NCBI GenBank assembly: GCA_951406725.2
Contig: OX597814.1
Location: 177,196,001 to 177,260,000, forward strand
Length of the DNA: 64,000 nt
Direction of reading: 5' to 3'
From: Octopus vulgaris
Lineage: Eukaryota
Shown here: positions 1 through 14,966 of the stretch, one piece after another
Layout: each line of letters opens with the position of its first letter
Position numbering within the stretch: position 1 is the first letter of the stretch
Made by a program: the position numbers and the translations under genes
The notes under the pieces: model-generated
Databases searched by the model: none
The model's input: the letters and a program-made list of their open reading frames with translations, nothing else
What the model was told of the DNA's origin: nothing

Positions 1-947
1 CCGGGGCCTTGCAGGTATTTATAAAAATACTCCTATCCTTTTACCCAAAATTCGAGTTTAGGTCAAACCCATAACAACTACCTACAGCTTATAGTTATCA
101 AGCAATTCCTCCTTAAAATAACTAACTAACCTCTTTTACAAATGCCAGATATTTCAATCACGAACTTAATTGAGAATACAGAATACATAGTTATTCAATC
201 ACAATGCTATGACCCCCAATCACTAATTCTAATTTTGAATTTTAAATTTTAACTTTATTTTGTTTTAATATTATTTTATTTTCCTGTACCTTTTATATAC
301 ATGGATGTGCTTGTCGGCACTTGTAATCTGGACTTAATTTCCTACCAGCATACTGGTCTACCTCCACTTAAAATAGACCCTAATAGTCTTGCCCACTTAG
401 GAAAACATTACCCTCCTGTAGAATTTGTTTTATTTCATTGAACTCAACGTTATCTTTCCCCACTATAGATTGTATAGGTCTGTACTTGGACACTACAGTA
501 GCTGAGTTCCCAGGAGATATTAGTAAACATGGGTTTATTATGCAGGATAAAAAGTGTAATTTGGCGGTGGACTTAGTGTGGCTGCATCCACCTAAGGTTT
601 AATATAATTATTAAATTTATTGATATGGACAATCTAACTTTTAGGATAATGTAATACATATTTAGTAATATTTAGTAAACTGTGTTGGAACATGGAAATT
701 ATAACCATGGTATTAGTTGACATGTGATTTGGTTTTAAATTTTAATCGCTTAAATGTTTGTGGGTTTGTGCTTTTGCCCTTTCGTGTACCTATAGGGTGG
801 AATTCTCTTAGGTACATGTGTACATTTACTTATTTGTCCATTATTACCACCACTTGGAATTTTATTTGCTATCTAAGATGTAAAATCTAGCATTATTTTA
901 GTAGCTTATTATAGTTATATGCACCTCCAGTACTAGTTGGTACTATT

Positions 948-1097
<150 letters not shown>

Positions 1098-1238
1098 ACG
1101 ACGAACTCCTTTCAGTTTCTGTCTACCAAATCCACTCACAAGACTTTGGTCGGCCCGAGGCTATAGTAGAAGACACTTGCCCAGGTGCAATGCAGGGGGA
1201 CTGTACCCGAAATTATGCGGTTGGTAAGAAGCTACTTA
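1098..1238 (-). mobile_element. SINE family A, 5' fragment (tRNA-derived head)
   Basis: Reverse complement of the 5' ~140 bp of the full copy at 53001-53418. Confidence 0.85.
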
Positions 1239-1273
1239 TATATTTATATATATTTGTATAAATATATAAATAT

Positions 1274-1345
<72 letters not shown>

Positions 1346-2607
1346 TTATACATACATACACAGATACACACATATATCTATACATACATACACAGATATA
1401 CACACACATATTTATACATACATACGTGCATACATAGATACACGCGCGCACACATTTACACACACTTATTCAATGTAACTATTCAGTGAATAGTATTGAT
1501 GTTTATTTTTTGTTTTTTTCCGAATCCGTATTTGTTAGTTAGCCATCCTCTCGATCTGTTAACAATAAACGCTATTACAATTGAAGCTATTTTCCTTAAC
1601 TTACATTACTAACGACTCCAAGAAAATACTAAGCGTAAAGAAGCGTTTTTCCGGTTTTTTTTTCCATTAAATCTAAGTATTGTGTCTGAATGATGATGAT
1701 ATATATATATATATATCCAATGAAAAGACGAAGAAAAAATTCATTAACACATTTTTAATTGTAATTTACAAATATTACCGTACCATCTCCACCAGCAACT
1801 TCAGTTTACGCGAGAATTCTAAATAGAAAAACACGTAATATTTGCGGTTTTAGACATTGGAGAAGCATGTATGTATGTATGTGTACGCATGTTGGTGATG
1901 TTATGCAGTAGAGATTTTAGCTAATACTTCCTTTAACTTCTTTTATGCTATGAAAAATTATAAGGAGCAGAACATATCCATCCTTCAATTACGTGATAGA
2001 AAGTCAACACAATGGTAACTGAAGAGATTTTACCTATATCTACATGATTGATGGTAGCTGGAAAATTGTTTACAATGCATGAGTTGAATAATTTTCATAA
2101 GAAACAACCGCATAGATCTCGAAAGAAAGAGCTGTGAGCTGAATTGAATATATATTTTATAGTAGCTTTAAACTTATTTAATTGTGTAGGAGATTTTAAC
2201 ATAAAATAAATATTAGAAAATCATCACATTGTTTAGAAACTTTTCTTCGAAAAATAGCTGGCACAGCTGTGAGATTACGAAATTCGTTTCACAACAGCAT
2301 GTTATGGGGTTTAATCCCACCGCACTGCACCTTGGGTAAATAACTTTTGTTATAGCTCTCCGAACCGATTAATACCATGCGAATGAATTTGGTTTACGGA
2401 AGCCCGGTATATGTATGTGTTTACATACCCATAGACATACACATACAAACACACGTATATATGTATCTCTTTCTTTCTTTCTTCCTTGCTCGGGGTAATT
2501 TATACCCGGAGTAATAGCGGATATTCTTATCCTTTAGACGGTTATTCCAACCGCTGACTCTACTTACCTATATATATAAGCATATGCATACAAGCACACA
2601 CACATAC

Positions 2608-2689
<82 letters not shown>

Positions 2690-2759
2690 ATGTATATGTA
2701 TACACACACACACATATATATATATATATACATTCATACATACATATATATAATATTAA

Positions 2760-3270
2760 CCCCAATTATTCAAATAGCTCTGTATCTTCTACCAACGATT
2801 CCAATACTCACACAAACTCTATCTCTAACAGTACATACACACATTACAATAGTACGTCTAATATTAGTAAGAATTGTAACTGTAGAAACCCTGACACCTG
2901 TGAGCATAAAGGTAATTGTAAGATGAAAAATGTTGCATATAAAACTACTATTACAAGACATGATCTCTAGGTTTCATTATATAGGTTGCACGTAGACCTC
3001 TTTTAAATTACGTTTGGATAATCATGAATCATCTTTTAATGATCGGTGTAGAAACTTAAAAGCGATAACATAAATTTCTCAATTTCTTGGAATATTGTTT
3101 CTTCTATCCCTTCTTATAGGATTCGAAATAGAACTTGACATTTATGCCTAGAAGAGTCTTATATAATTATGAAAATGAATGGTTCTATCTTAAATTCGAG
3201 AGATGAAAGAGTTTTTTCTTGTAAACAGATGTCCAAATTTCTCTTCATTAACCTTAAATAGTTTTATTGA
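2760..3270 (+). pseudogene. Penelope-like element GIY-YIG endonuclease remnant
   Basis: [22 protein letters not shown], then (frame-broken) YIGCT*TSFKLRLDNHESSF, WNIV...HLCLEESYII...LNSRDE...SCKQMSKF. This is the Cys-rich linker plus GIY-YIG pattern of Penelope ORFs, with stops and frameshifts. Confidence 0.8.
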
Positions 3271-3644
3271 TTACTTTATTTTCATTTTTTATTAGTTCTT
3301 ATTATATTCTTAGGTATATGTGTATGTATGTCTTCTCTGTATGTGCATGTATGTATGTGTGCCTGTGTGGGTATGTTTATGCATTTGTGTCCATGTTTAT
3401 ATGTGTGTGTGTATATGTGTGTATGCGTTTATGTGTATGTATGTGTATGCATACCTATATATATTTGCATGTAGGTATGTATGTACGTGTATACTTGTGT
3501 TTGCACATGAATGTATTTTATGTTTATGCCTATACGTGTATATGCTTGTATATGTATGTATACTTGTATGTCTGTGTGTGCATATTTTTGTGTATGGATA
3601 CATTAATACGCACGCATATATATATGTACATCTGTGTATATATA

Positions 3645-4024
3645 CACTTGCGTCAGAAATTAATTAGCACTTCTCAAATTTCTACATTAAATAGGTTAAA
3701 TCAATTAACCTATGAGCTGTTCAAAACGTCTTACGCGATGAGAAAACTTAGTATGGTGTGATTTCGGTCCTTGCGAGGCGCTACCTATATCTATTAAACA
3801 AAGGAAGATTTGTCTGCATCCGCACTCCAAGTTGTTGTTGCACTGCTATGTCAACATCATAAGGCTGTAGACTCTCAAACTGCTCTGCAAACAAAGTTAC
3901 GTCATCGTTCTGCGCAACAGTGAACTCGCAACAAAGCAATAGTTCGAGATATGGCCACTAGGTGACAGCACATACCTTGAGTGAAGAGCAAATCAAGGGT
4001 GCTAATTAATTTCTGACAGTAGTG
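3645..4024. mobile_element. Tc1/mariner-type MITE (~380 bp)
   Basis: TIRs CACTTGCGTCAGAAATTAATTAGCAC and GTGCTAATTAATTTCTGACAGTAGTG, each flanked by TA; no transposase ORF. Confidence 0.8.
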
Positions 4025-4304
4025 TATGTGTATATTTTTGTTTTTTCTACCTCTCCCTCTTCTCTCCCCACGTGACAGGTGTTCGGCCAGGCCTGACCTT
4101 TCATTCTTGGTTGGACTACTGTCCGTGCAATATCTATATTCTTTCTTGTGCTTGTTAAATCATATGTCCCTGCCGTAAGGTTTTACTTCCACACTCGCCA
4201 GCTTAATTTAATTCGTTCTTAGTCGATAGACACCTGTTATTTGTATTTGTATAACATTTCTGTTTTTATCCTTCCTTGTTTTCGTATACATTCACTTCTT
4301 TCTT

Positions 4305-4590
4305 AGCCAGGCGAAATACTTAGCGGTATTTCGTCTGCCGTTACGTTCTGAGTTCAAATTCCGCCGAGGTCGACTTTGCCTTTCATCCTTTCGATGAAGT
4401 ACCAGTACCATCGCACTGAGGTCGATGTAATCAACTTAATCCGTTTGTCTATCCTTATTTGTCCTCTCTGTGTGTAGCCCCTTGTGGGTAGTAAAGAAAT
4501 AGGCATTTCGTCTGTCTTTATGTTCTGAGTTCAAATTCCTACGAATTAAGTACCAAATTCCTTCAAATTAAGTACCAGTTGTGCACTACA
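4305..4590 (+). mobile_element. SINE family B (Meta-domain-like), partly duplicated, interrupted by mariner
   Basis: Matches copy at 61676-61910 (gagttcaaattccgccgaggtcgactttgcctttcatcctttcg); SINE-like sequence resumes at ~5882-5965 after the mariner. Confidence 0.8.
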
Positions 4591-4597
4591 CAAGTGG

Positions 4598-5881
4598 TAC
4601 TCAATAAGTAATGCCCTGACCCACTTTCCATAGCAGTAGAGCAACGAAACTTGGCACAGTTATTAGTCTTTTTCTACATAGAAACCATCCAGAGTTACGC
4701 ATTTCTCCCATCATTTGATGCAGCTCTGGAGACCGTTTTTTAGAAGACCCCAGCTTGGTCCTCCAACCACAACAAATGACTTCAGAAATCAAGGCTGCAT
4801 CATCTGGGAAACGTTTTCCTTTCAAAAACAACTTCATGGCTGGGAAGAGGTGAAAATCAGAGGGTGCAAGGTCAGGAGAGTAGGGGGGATAGGGAGGAGT
4901 TAATAGCCGCACGCCTGTGCTTCTGATCTGGCGACAAGCGAGTTGTGGACCGGAGCGTTGTCCTGCAGGAGGATGATGCCTTTGCTGATCTTGCGCCGCC
5001 TCTTGATTTTGATAGCTTCTCTTAATTTCCTCAAAAGTGAAGCTTAATAGGCTCCTGTAATTGTGGTACCCTTTGCCAGGAAATCTGTCATCACCACTCC
5101 GTCCTGGTCCCAGAAGACTGAGCATGACCTTGCCAGCGGAGGGCTGTACCCTTGCCTTCTTTGGAGGAGGTGAGTCACGGTGCTTCCACTACATTGACTA
5201 GGCTTTGGTCTCTGGATCATAGTGATGGACCCATGTTTCATCCTGTGTAATCAGTCTTTTGAAAACTTTTTAACTCATCTTCTTGGCGCATCTCCAAGTT
5301 CATCCTCGAGCACTCGACGCGTTCTTGCTTCTGGAAAGGTGTGAGCAACCTGGGAATCCATCTGGCAGACACCTTTTGCATATGCAAATGATCATGAATG
5401 ATAGTTTCCACAGACCCCCCGGTACTAATCTTGACCTCATGGGCTATTTGGTGAATAGTTATGCATCGATCTTCCAAAATGGCAGCCTCAACTTGATGGA
5501 CAGATGCCTCATCAATGGCAGAAGGGGGCGACCAGATCTGGGAGCTGTTTCCACAGAGTTCCGACCATGTTTGAATTCACGATGCCAGCGTTTTACAAGG
5601 TCATATGATGGGGCATCATCACCATAAGTTACTTTCATTTCATCAAAAGTCTCCCGTGGTGTGCGTCCTTTCAAATACAAAAACCGGATCACTCTCGACA
5701 CTCAACAGGCTCCATTTCACACTTGACTCAGTTCAAACACCTGTAAATCAGAAACCACGATTAGTTCAGAGCTGTAATTTGCCACTTAATCTATAGAGAT
5801 ATAAATAATTGCACATGCAATTCAGCTAGATCAAACAACTGCAAGTGGGTCAGAGGCATTACTTATTGAACGTCCCTCGTA
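4598..5881 (-). mobile_element. mariner (DD34D) DNA transposon, irritans/Hsmar2-like, near full length
   Basis: Right TIR reads TACGAGGGACGTTCAATAAGTAATGCCTCTGACCCAC on the minus strand; left TIR partly retained (TCAATAAGTAATGCCCTGACCCAC); ~1.28 kb. Confidence 0.93.
4663..5715 (-). pseudogene. mariner transposase pseudogene
   Basis: Motifs across frames: VIRFLYLKG..HTH, SARWIPRLLT, DETWVHHYDPETK, VFWDQDGVV, LLQDNAPVH, PPYSPDLAPSDFHLFP, YVEKD*; several frameshifts. Confidence 0.93.
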
Positions 5882-5976
5882 CACAACGGGTACTTAATTT
5901 GATCTAATCCACTGGCCCTCTTCCCCCAATTTTCGGAGCTTGTGCCTAGAGTAGAAAAGAATATCATTTCAGGAAG

Positions 5977-6960
5977 TTCTCATACAGATCACTACGTGTT
6001 AATATTCATTTCCTTCTGGTTTTAACAAGTTTGCAGAGACGGCCGGTTAATAAAAGCGGTTGGTGGTAGGTCCGTTAGTAGTGAGAGGAAGGACAGTAAT
6101 ATTAGCCTCAACAGCTAGGGTTCTCAACAGCTTAGGGATGCCTTTCGTGTGCGTAGTAGTAGTGGTGTTGACTTTTGTGACCTGTTGATCTATAACTTAT
6201 CGGTAGTTTTAGTGGTGGCCACAGTAAAGGTTATAGTACTGTCGGTGGTGGCTTTCCAAAGAAATTTAAACATGATTGATATTTGGTAATGAATGGCATT
6301 TATTTTTTAAGGCGTTGGCGTTGAGTTGTACTATCACCAAATTTATAAGGAGGAAAAATCCTAAAGTTTGGTTTTTTTCTTTTCTGCGCATGTAGCTTTT
6401 TGCTATGTTCACCGAGTCATATTTGTCTGCTTTCCCGTGTTTTAATTTACAATATATTCAACATTACTGAAACCTTTACTCTGACCACCGCCACGACTAC
6501 TGTTAGATTATAGATGAACGACTCTTGTAAGCCAACACCACGACTATTAGCTTGATGCAATACGCCACTGGAAACCTTAGCTGTTGCAGCTACGACTATT
6601 GTTCCTCCTCACACAACTAACAGATCTACCTTCCGCTAACTCTATTAACCGGCCATTCCGGCAAACTAGCAACAATCAGAAGAAGGAAACGACTATGCAG
6701 TACCATGTGATCTCTATGAGAAAACGTATGAACTTTCAGAACTGATGTTATGAGTTTAATTGAATTTAATTTAATGAGTTAAATTTAATTCAATTTATTT
6801 TTTCCATTTTATACCAAGATGAAGAGACTGTCTTAAAATGACCGAAACCGGTAGCTGCTTAGTTAAAAATGTACATATTGTCTTTCTGTTTTCTATGAGA
6901 AAGTTCTCTAAGCATTTTCTTTTTCTCATTTTTTGTCGTTATTATATATGGTATATGTGT
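5977..6960. mobile_element. Penelope-like remnant with inverted pseudo-LTR arms
   Basis: 5977-6240 is a diverged reverse complement of 6470-6723. The spacer read on minus gives FPPYKFGDSTTQRQRLKK*MPFITKYQSCLN (GIY-YIG C-terminus-like). Hammerhead-like motif at 6815-6858. Confidence 0.6.
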
Positions 6961-9424
6961 ATTGTGTGTGTATTCATACACACAGAGATATATTTTTATT
7001 AATTAAATTGGTCAATAAAATAAATTTCAATAATTTTCATCGGTATGTGTTTTGGATACTAATTCTAAATTTATCTTCAGGTTTTTCTTTAGCACACCTA
7101 CTTTGTGAAAGAAATTTTTGAAATAAGTTTTTGTTTTTCTTAATTTTGTCAATGCACAAAATATTAAACTCTGTATAATACTTTATGCAGAGCATGGACT
7201 CGATTAATGCATACAATATTTTAACCCCATTTTTATATTAAATATTCAGTTAGAAACACATGTAACTGAAAAGTATGTTTTATATAATTTTAAATATATC
7301 GTGAATATGATTTTTCCTTATATAAATGACCTAGTTTGCAGCGATGTATAGACAAAAAAAAAAACAGTCATGATACCTTCATTCCAAAATCCCTGATCTT
7401 ATATGCATGAATATCTTTTCTTTCCAGATTCAACTTTTGCTTTCCTCAGATGAGAATGTAGGAAGCGTATATTTAATTACTTCTAAACAACCCAGTTCCT
7501 TACAGATATCAGCTAACTCCATCAGGAGTCTTTTTATTTCCTTGTAAGTTTTCCTATAAGCATTTCAAAACTTGGTAAGCTTTTAATCTCAGTGTATAAA
7601 ACTCAGTATATCAAACAGTTTTAATACATTTTATCATTTGCACTCCCATAAAAGTTCTCTCCTTTAACTTTGTCGTCCTGACATTTGGGAACATACTTTT
7701 AGAAATGTGTGCTTAAATTCCCTTAAATTGATTTTATCGGTTTTACAATTGCTTCAACAAAAAATTTCATTAAACTAAGTTTAATAAGGTGTGGTAGAAA
7801 TATCTTCGTGGGACTAAACTAAAGGACGGAGTAGACATTGCAGAGTAAGCATATGGTGAGCGTAATAGTCAGCCACATTGAATATGGCGATTCTTAGAAG
7901 CGCAAATGCTTCAGAGGTATAATAATCAACAGCATTTTATGAATTGTAGTTCTGTGCCTCATTGCAGGCAAATGACTTTGAGATCTTCACAAACTTTTCA
8001 TTGGAGAATGCGGTACTGAATGGCATTTAGCAGTATGCCCGTATTACCATATAAACAGAGTCAGCTATAAGGATGCATGTCGTTACATTATGAGAAGAAC
8101 TTTCATTCAAGCTTCTTTGTAATGAACCAAAGATGTGACAGTCAGATACTACATAAGTCTGAGACAAGGCTTTGAAAAGTCTTCTGACGTTGTTACAATA
8201 GCAAAATAGACCACCTACTGAAAAGCATGTTACAAAATTAAAATTTTGCTGTCAATAGTATTTTAGTCATGTAAAGTTTCTTTTGTTAGTATTAAAGTTG
8301 GGAAATCTATCTTCTCCTAAAACAACAAAGCATCTCTACCAAGACCATTCAAACACTCTGTAGTTCTGCATTTTCTTCGGGGAATTATTCATGATATGTA
8401 GACAGTCTAAAATTTCCACCAATTGTACTTTTATCACTGTTATGGAGGCTAGGCCTTCATTTGCAGGAAAATGGATAGGTAGTGCTTCATCGTGTTGGGT
8501 TGGTCTTTGTGTTAAATATAGGTATGGCTAGAAAACCTTGCGTTTAATCTTCGCAATAAACTAAACTCAATTATTAGTTATATGCCTATATAACAAGGGA
8601 GAGAATCACCGTGCCAAAATCTAAATCATTTATTTTTTATAACTGAAAAAAAATATTAGAATCTTTAATCTCATGTAACTGCTATTTCAATCTCATTGAA
8701 CTTCTTCCGTACGATCTAGTTAGGAATCTAAAGTCTATTAAGCATTGCATGAAATTAACTTATTTATTTTAAAGAAGGATAAGAAAGTATAGAGTGGTAT
8801 AAATGAGACTCACTAGCATTCGGTTAGAATTTTTGCATTAAAGATTGGAATTTTTGCATCAATCTCAATTGACTGGTTATTCACCTCTATGGCAAGGGAG
8901 AATTTCGTCTCGTCAAAATCCAATCTATATTACTAATATACATTTTGATAGTTTCTTAGAGAAAAGAATAAATAAAATATGCTTATGCATTTATTTGATT
9001 AAATTTTCTGTGATTTAATTTTCTATTTACATAATGTCCTTAACATTCATATTTAAATCTCGTTGGATTTGTTTTAGCACGAAGGAGTCAAGAATACAGG
9101 ACCTATCAAACATTAAATAATTAGTTTTATCAGGTGGCTTGTGAGCATTACTAGTAACATGTTATCTAGTGCAACCTGTTGCATGGTCGGGTCATCGACG
9201 ACAAAACTGACTACTCCACCAAGCTCACTTGGTGAAGAGGGTAACTTTGGATATCCTGCAGGGTTAAGTATAAGACTTGTGAAAGAGAGGATGAATTCAG
9301 GATAATCGACAGCCTTACGATACAATGAAACACCTTGATCCATTATGTAAATGCTCAACCTCACAAAGTTAATGAATTTATTATTTGCAATAACTTTATG
9401 CACACACACGCACACATGCATAAA

Positions 9425-9615
9425 TATTTTTACGATGGGTTTGCACACAGTTTCTACCTACCAAATTCACTACGCACAAATTCACTTTGTGCTGGTTGGC
9501 TAGATTGACCCGGGAGTGTAGCAGATGAAACTTACCCACAGTGTCACACAGTGGGACTGAACTTGAAACCACATACGTGTGCCACGAACTTTTTAACTCC
9601 ACAGCTACGCCTGCT
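9425..9615 (-). mobile_element. SINE family A, degenerate 5' part
   Basis: Similar to the reverse complement of 53001-53160. Confidence 0.65.
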
Positions 9616-9654
9616 CATTAACGGCGAAGAGTTACTAACACTACCATTTAAAAT

Positions 9655-10083
9655 TGGTTTCAAATTTTGGCAACAACAATTTCGGAGGAGGGAGTAAGTC
9701 GATTACAACGACCCCAGTGCTTAATTGGTACTTATTTTATCAACCCGGAAAGAATGGAAGGTAAAGTCAACCTCGGCAGAGTTTGAACTCAGAACGTAAA
9801 GACGGACGAACTTCCTGCTAAGTATTTTGTTCAGCGTGCTAACGATTCTTATTTCTTTATTACCCACAAGGGCCTAAACACAGAGAGGACAAACAAGGAC
9901 AGACAAAGGGATTAAGTCGATTATATTGACCCTAGTGCGTAACTAGTACTTATTTCATCGACCCCGAAAGGATGAATGGCAAAGTCGAGCTCGGCGGAAT
10001 TTGAACTCAGAACGTAACGGCAGACGAAATACCGCTAAGCATTTCGCCCGGTGTGCTAACGTTTCTGCCAGCTCATTGCCTTA
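9655..10083 (-). mobile_element. SINE family B, nested/tandem copies
   Basis: 9848-10083 is a near-complete reverse complement of 61676-61910; 9655-9847 is a second, older copy. Confidence 0.85.
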
Positions 10084-11049
10084 CACTAATATTTAATATT
10101 ACAATGAATTCTGTATCCTTTTCGGGATCGATAAAATTACTACCAGATGAATAGTGAGGATGATGTAATCCATTTACCCCACCCCATCTCAACGAAGTTG
10201 CTGACCAGTCAAAAATTATGAAACCAATATTACAATGGTCTCAACATGCTGTTTTAGTCTAGCCGTCTGAAGTTGGCGGTCTTGTTATCTTCACAAGTGT
10301 GTAGGAATATCAAACGTATCTGTAGCATATACTGGAATAGAATCCATAGACTTGTGCTTAATATCAAACAAAGCTAATAGTTAAGAGTTTGAAATCTTTT
10401 GCCGACTATTTTACCGAACATAGAATTTATGAATAACTAAATATACATTCGCTAGCTTTCAAGAATAAAACTATTTGTGTAGTTGGAATCCAAGGGCGAA
10501 ATCCATTTAGAATATCGATTTTTAGGTACAGAAACTCCACAATATATACCATATAAGGGAACAAGTTCCTTATCCATCCTTTTTCACCAAATAACCCCCT
10601 ACCCACTGCCTAATTGCCCATTCATTGTTGCTATTCGTCATGTCTCCACATCACCGATCATTGCTGTTCAGTTCTCCTGCAACCACTTCTGTCCCTCATC
10701 TGCCCATTTTACTTTTCGCTGACCATCCACCCATTAATCTATCTGCTCATTCATACACTTGACAGCCTATTTTCCCATCTACCCACCAAATCAACTGTTC
10801 AAACCATTATTTCATTCGCCGTCTCTCTCTTTTTATCTCCACGCCAACCCTTCGCATTCTTTTGTCTTTTTTTTTATCTCTCAACTTCCATTCATTTATT
10901 GACTCATCCATTTGTACATCCACATATCCACACATCAATCAGCCCCCACACCCCTTCGACAGCCAATCTTCCTCCCACACACTCATGTATACATCTACTG
11001 ATTCACCAAACCCATCAATTCAATTTATTCATTCATTCTTCCCAACCAC

Positions 11050-12070
<1,021 letters not shown>

Positions 12071-12411
12071 ATCCATGCGTGTGTCCATTCATCTAGTTAG
12101 CCCGTCAATCCAATGGTATGATCAACTGCCTCATATCTCATACCTCTCGGTGTTTCCTATGCACTATTACTCTATCGATAACGTCTCCACATATACTCAC
12201 CTAACACTCATCTACCATACTATTGTAGCCAGTCATTTAACATGAATGAAGATTCTTCTTCATGTCTGTTAAATGAAGAAAAATCTTCATTCCTTTTCCT
12301 TATTTCATCTTCTTTTTCCCTATTCATCTTACAACATGAAACTTAAGATGAAGACCCAATAGGAAAAATTACTGCAAAAAAGGGAGTAATATTAACAGCC
12401 TTAATATTTTT

Positions 12412-12412
12412 C

Positions 12413-12445
<33 letters not shown>

Positions 12446-13017
12446 TTATTATTATTATTATTATCCTCCTCTTCCTCCTCCTCCTCCTCCTCCTCCTCCT
12501 CCTTCTTCTTCTTCTTCTTCTTCTTCTTCTTCTTCTTCTTCTTCTTCTCCTCCTTCTTCTTAGCAGTAGTAGTAGTAGTAGTAGTAGTTGTAGCAGTGGT
12601 AGTTGTGAAAATGGAAGGAAGAATAAAGAATAAAACAAGCAAGAAAATAAAGTAAAAATAATTAGAAGAATTAACTGAAGAAAGGAAAAAAAAGTAGCTG
12701 TAGTCATAGTAGTAGAGGTAGTAGTAGTGGTAGTGGTAGGGATGATGGTAGTTGTGGCAATGGTAGTGGTAGTAAATATAGAGAAAGTAAAAATAATATA
12801 ACGGACAATAAACACAAAAAAGAAATAATTAGAAGGATTATCCGAAAAAATAGTAGTAGTTGTAGTAGAAGTAGTAGTAGTAGTAGTGGTAGTAATATTA
12901 GTAGTAGTAGTAATAGTAGTAGTAGTAGTAGCAGCAATAATAGTAGTAGTGGTGGTGGTGGGGGTGGTAGTAGCAGCAGGAACAATGGAAGTAGTAGTAG
13001 CAGTTGTAGTAACAGTG

Positions 13018-13049
<32 letters not shown>

Positions 13050-13190
13050 TTTAGTAGTAGTAGAAGCAGCAGTGGCAACAGCAGCAGCGGCAGCGGCAGT
13101 AGTAGTGGAAGTGCTAATAGCAATGGTAGTAGCAACAGTGATAGCAGTAGTGGCAGTGGAAGGAAAAGGAGAAGAAAGAAGATGATGATG
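12412..13190. repeat. compound trinucleotide repeats (TTG, TTA, TCC, TTC, GTA, GCA)
   Basis: Directly visible. Confidence 0.95.
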
Positions 13191-13581
13191 TGGGGGAAGA
13201 AGAGGAGAAAAAATAGAATGAATGAAGAATGAAACGTTCCTGATGAGGAGGAACGAAATAAGAATAATTGTGAAAAATAAGCGAATAAAGAAGAAAGTAA
13301 AATAAAATAAGAAATAATCGTTGTCACAAGAAAATAGATATAATAATGATATAGAAGACTCTGGAGAACGTATACTAGTACACTGATGATGATGTAGTGG
13401 TGATGGTGGTGGGTGTGGTGGTGGTGGTGGTGGTGGTTGTGGTGATAGTGATAGTAGTGGTGGATAATATGAAATAGTATAAGGAGAGGACGGGTAAGCA
13501 GAGATGCTGGAATAGCAAAATAGAAGTAGAGGAAAGATGGAGCCGAAGCAGAGGAAATTGGAGTATAGCTAGAGGAAAAAA

Positions 13582-13970
13582 ACGGTGGAGTAGAGGCAGG
13601 CAAAAGTGAAAGTAGAGATATATAGGAAAGGATAGAGTAGAGGCATGCGAAAGTGAAAGTAGAGATATATAGGAAAGGTGGAGTAGAGGCAGGCGAAAGT
13701 GAAAGTAGAGATATATAGGAAAGGTGGAGTAGAGGCAGGCGAAAGTGAAAGTTGAGATATATAGGAAAGGTGGAGTAGAGGCAGGCGAAAGTGAAAGTAG
13801 AGATATATAGGAAAGGTGAAGTAGAGGCAGGCGAAAGGGAAAGTAGAGATATATAGGAAAGGTGGAATAGAGGCAGGCGAAAGTGAAAGTAGAGATATAT
13901 AGGAAAGGTGGAGTAGAGGCAGGCGAAAGGGAAAGTAGATATATATATATAGGAAAGGTGGAGTAGAGGT
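13582..13970. repeat. 46-bp purine-rich minisatellite, ~8 copies
   Basis: Unit GAAAGGTGGAGTAGAGGCAGGCGAAAGTGAAAGTAGAGATATATAG; period 46 (equivalent positions 13672, 13718, 13764). Confidence 0.95.
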
Positions 13971-14663
13971 AGAGAAAGGGAATAAAAGTAGGTGAAGGAG
14001 GGAGCAGAGGTAGAGGAAAGGTGGAGGTGAAAACGAGAAGCTGGAGTTGAGGTAGGGAAATGGGTCGGGATTAGAGATTAGGCAGGTGAGAACAGAGGTA
14101 GGTGAAAGGAGGAGTAGAGGAAAGATGGAATAAAAGCTACCGAAAAGCCGAGCAGAGGTAGAGGAAAAGTGGGACAGAAGTAGAGGAAAGATGGATTAGA
14201 AGAGAGCTATGGTGGAGGTGAAGTTGAGGAAGGTGCAGTAGATGTATACAAAAGGGAAAGTGGAGGCAGAGGCAATGTGGAATAGAGGTAGGTTACCTGT
14301 CGAGTAGAGCCACAGGAAATGTTGAAGAGAAATAGCAGAGAGAAGTTGAAAAGGATGTCGGAGTAAAGGTAGAGAAGGTGAGAAAGGGAAGAGGCAAAGG
14401 TAAAGTGAGGTAGAGCAGAGGTAAAAGAAAGTGAAGAAGAAGTAAAAGGAAGGTGGGTAGAGAGAAAAGAATAAGAAAGATGAAAGAATAAAACAAAAGA
14501 ATACTAGAAAAGATGGAAGAAGGATAACTTTAAGTAAAAGTTGACAGAAGAAGCGAAAATAAAAGATGTAAGGGGAGAGAAAAGAACACGGCAAGAGAAA
14601 AAAAAAAAGACGGGAAAAGGTTAGGTCTAAAGTAAAATTGGGGGGAAAAGGAGGAAGAGGAAG

Positions 14664-14712
<49 letters not shown>

Positions 14713-14770
14713 GAATAAGAAGAAGAAGAAGAAGAAGAAGTAGTAGGAGTAGAAGAAGAAGAAGAGGAAA

Positions 14771-14865
<95 letters not shown>

Positions 14866-14906
14866 GGAGTTGAAGTAGAAGAAGAAGAAGAGGAAAAAGA
14901 ATAATG

Positions 14907-14962
<56 letters not shown>
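14664..14962. repeat. (AAT)n/(GAA)n compound array; continues 15587-15903
   Basis: Directly visible; interrupted by the ~600-bp element. Confidence 0.95.

Positions 14963-14966
<4 letters not shown>

Noticed and set aside
1-936. Possible decayed retroelement coding sequence
   Set aside because: No motif recovered in the frames I translated; left uncalled.
3954-3971. CTCF-like motif GGCCACTAGGTGACAGCA
   Set aside because: A single motif inside a MITE; no functional evidence from sequence alone.
7417-7550. Possible exon (TTTCTTTCCAG ... GTAAGT), or minus-strand peptide KTYKEIKRLLMELADICKELGC
   Set aside because: No recognisable protein, no partner exons, and stops nearby on the minus strand; unsupported without RNA-seq.
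13232-13262. CTGATGAG...CGAAA hammerhead core
   Set aside because: No credible stem II or stem III; lies in purine-rich low-complexity sequence.
13582-13970. Regular repeat as a possible CRISPR array
   Set aside because: Units are head-to-tail with no unique spacers and no cas genes; eukaryotic minisatellite.
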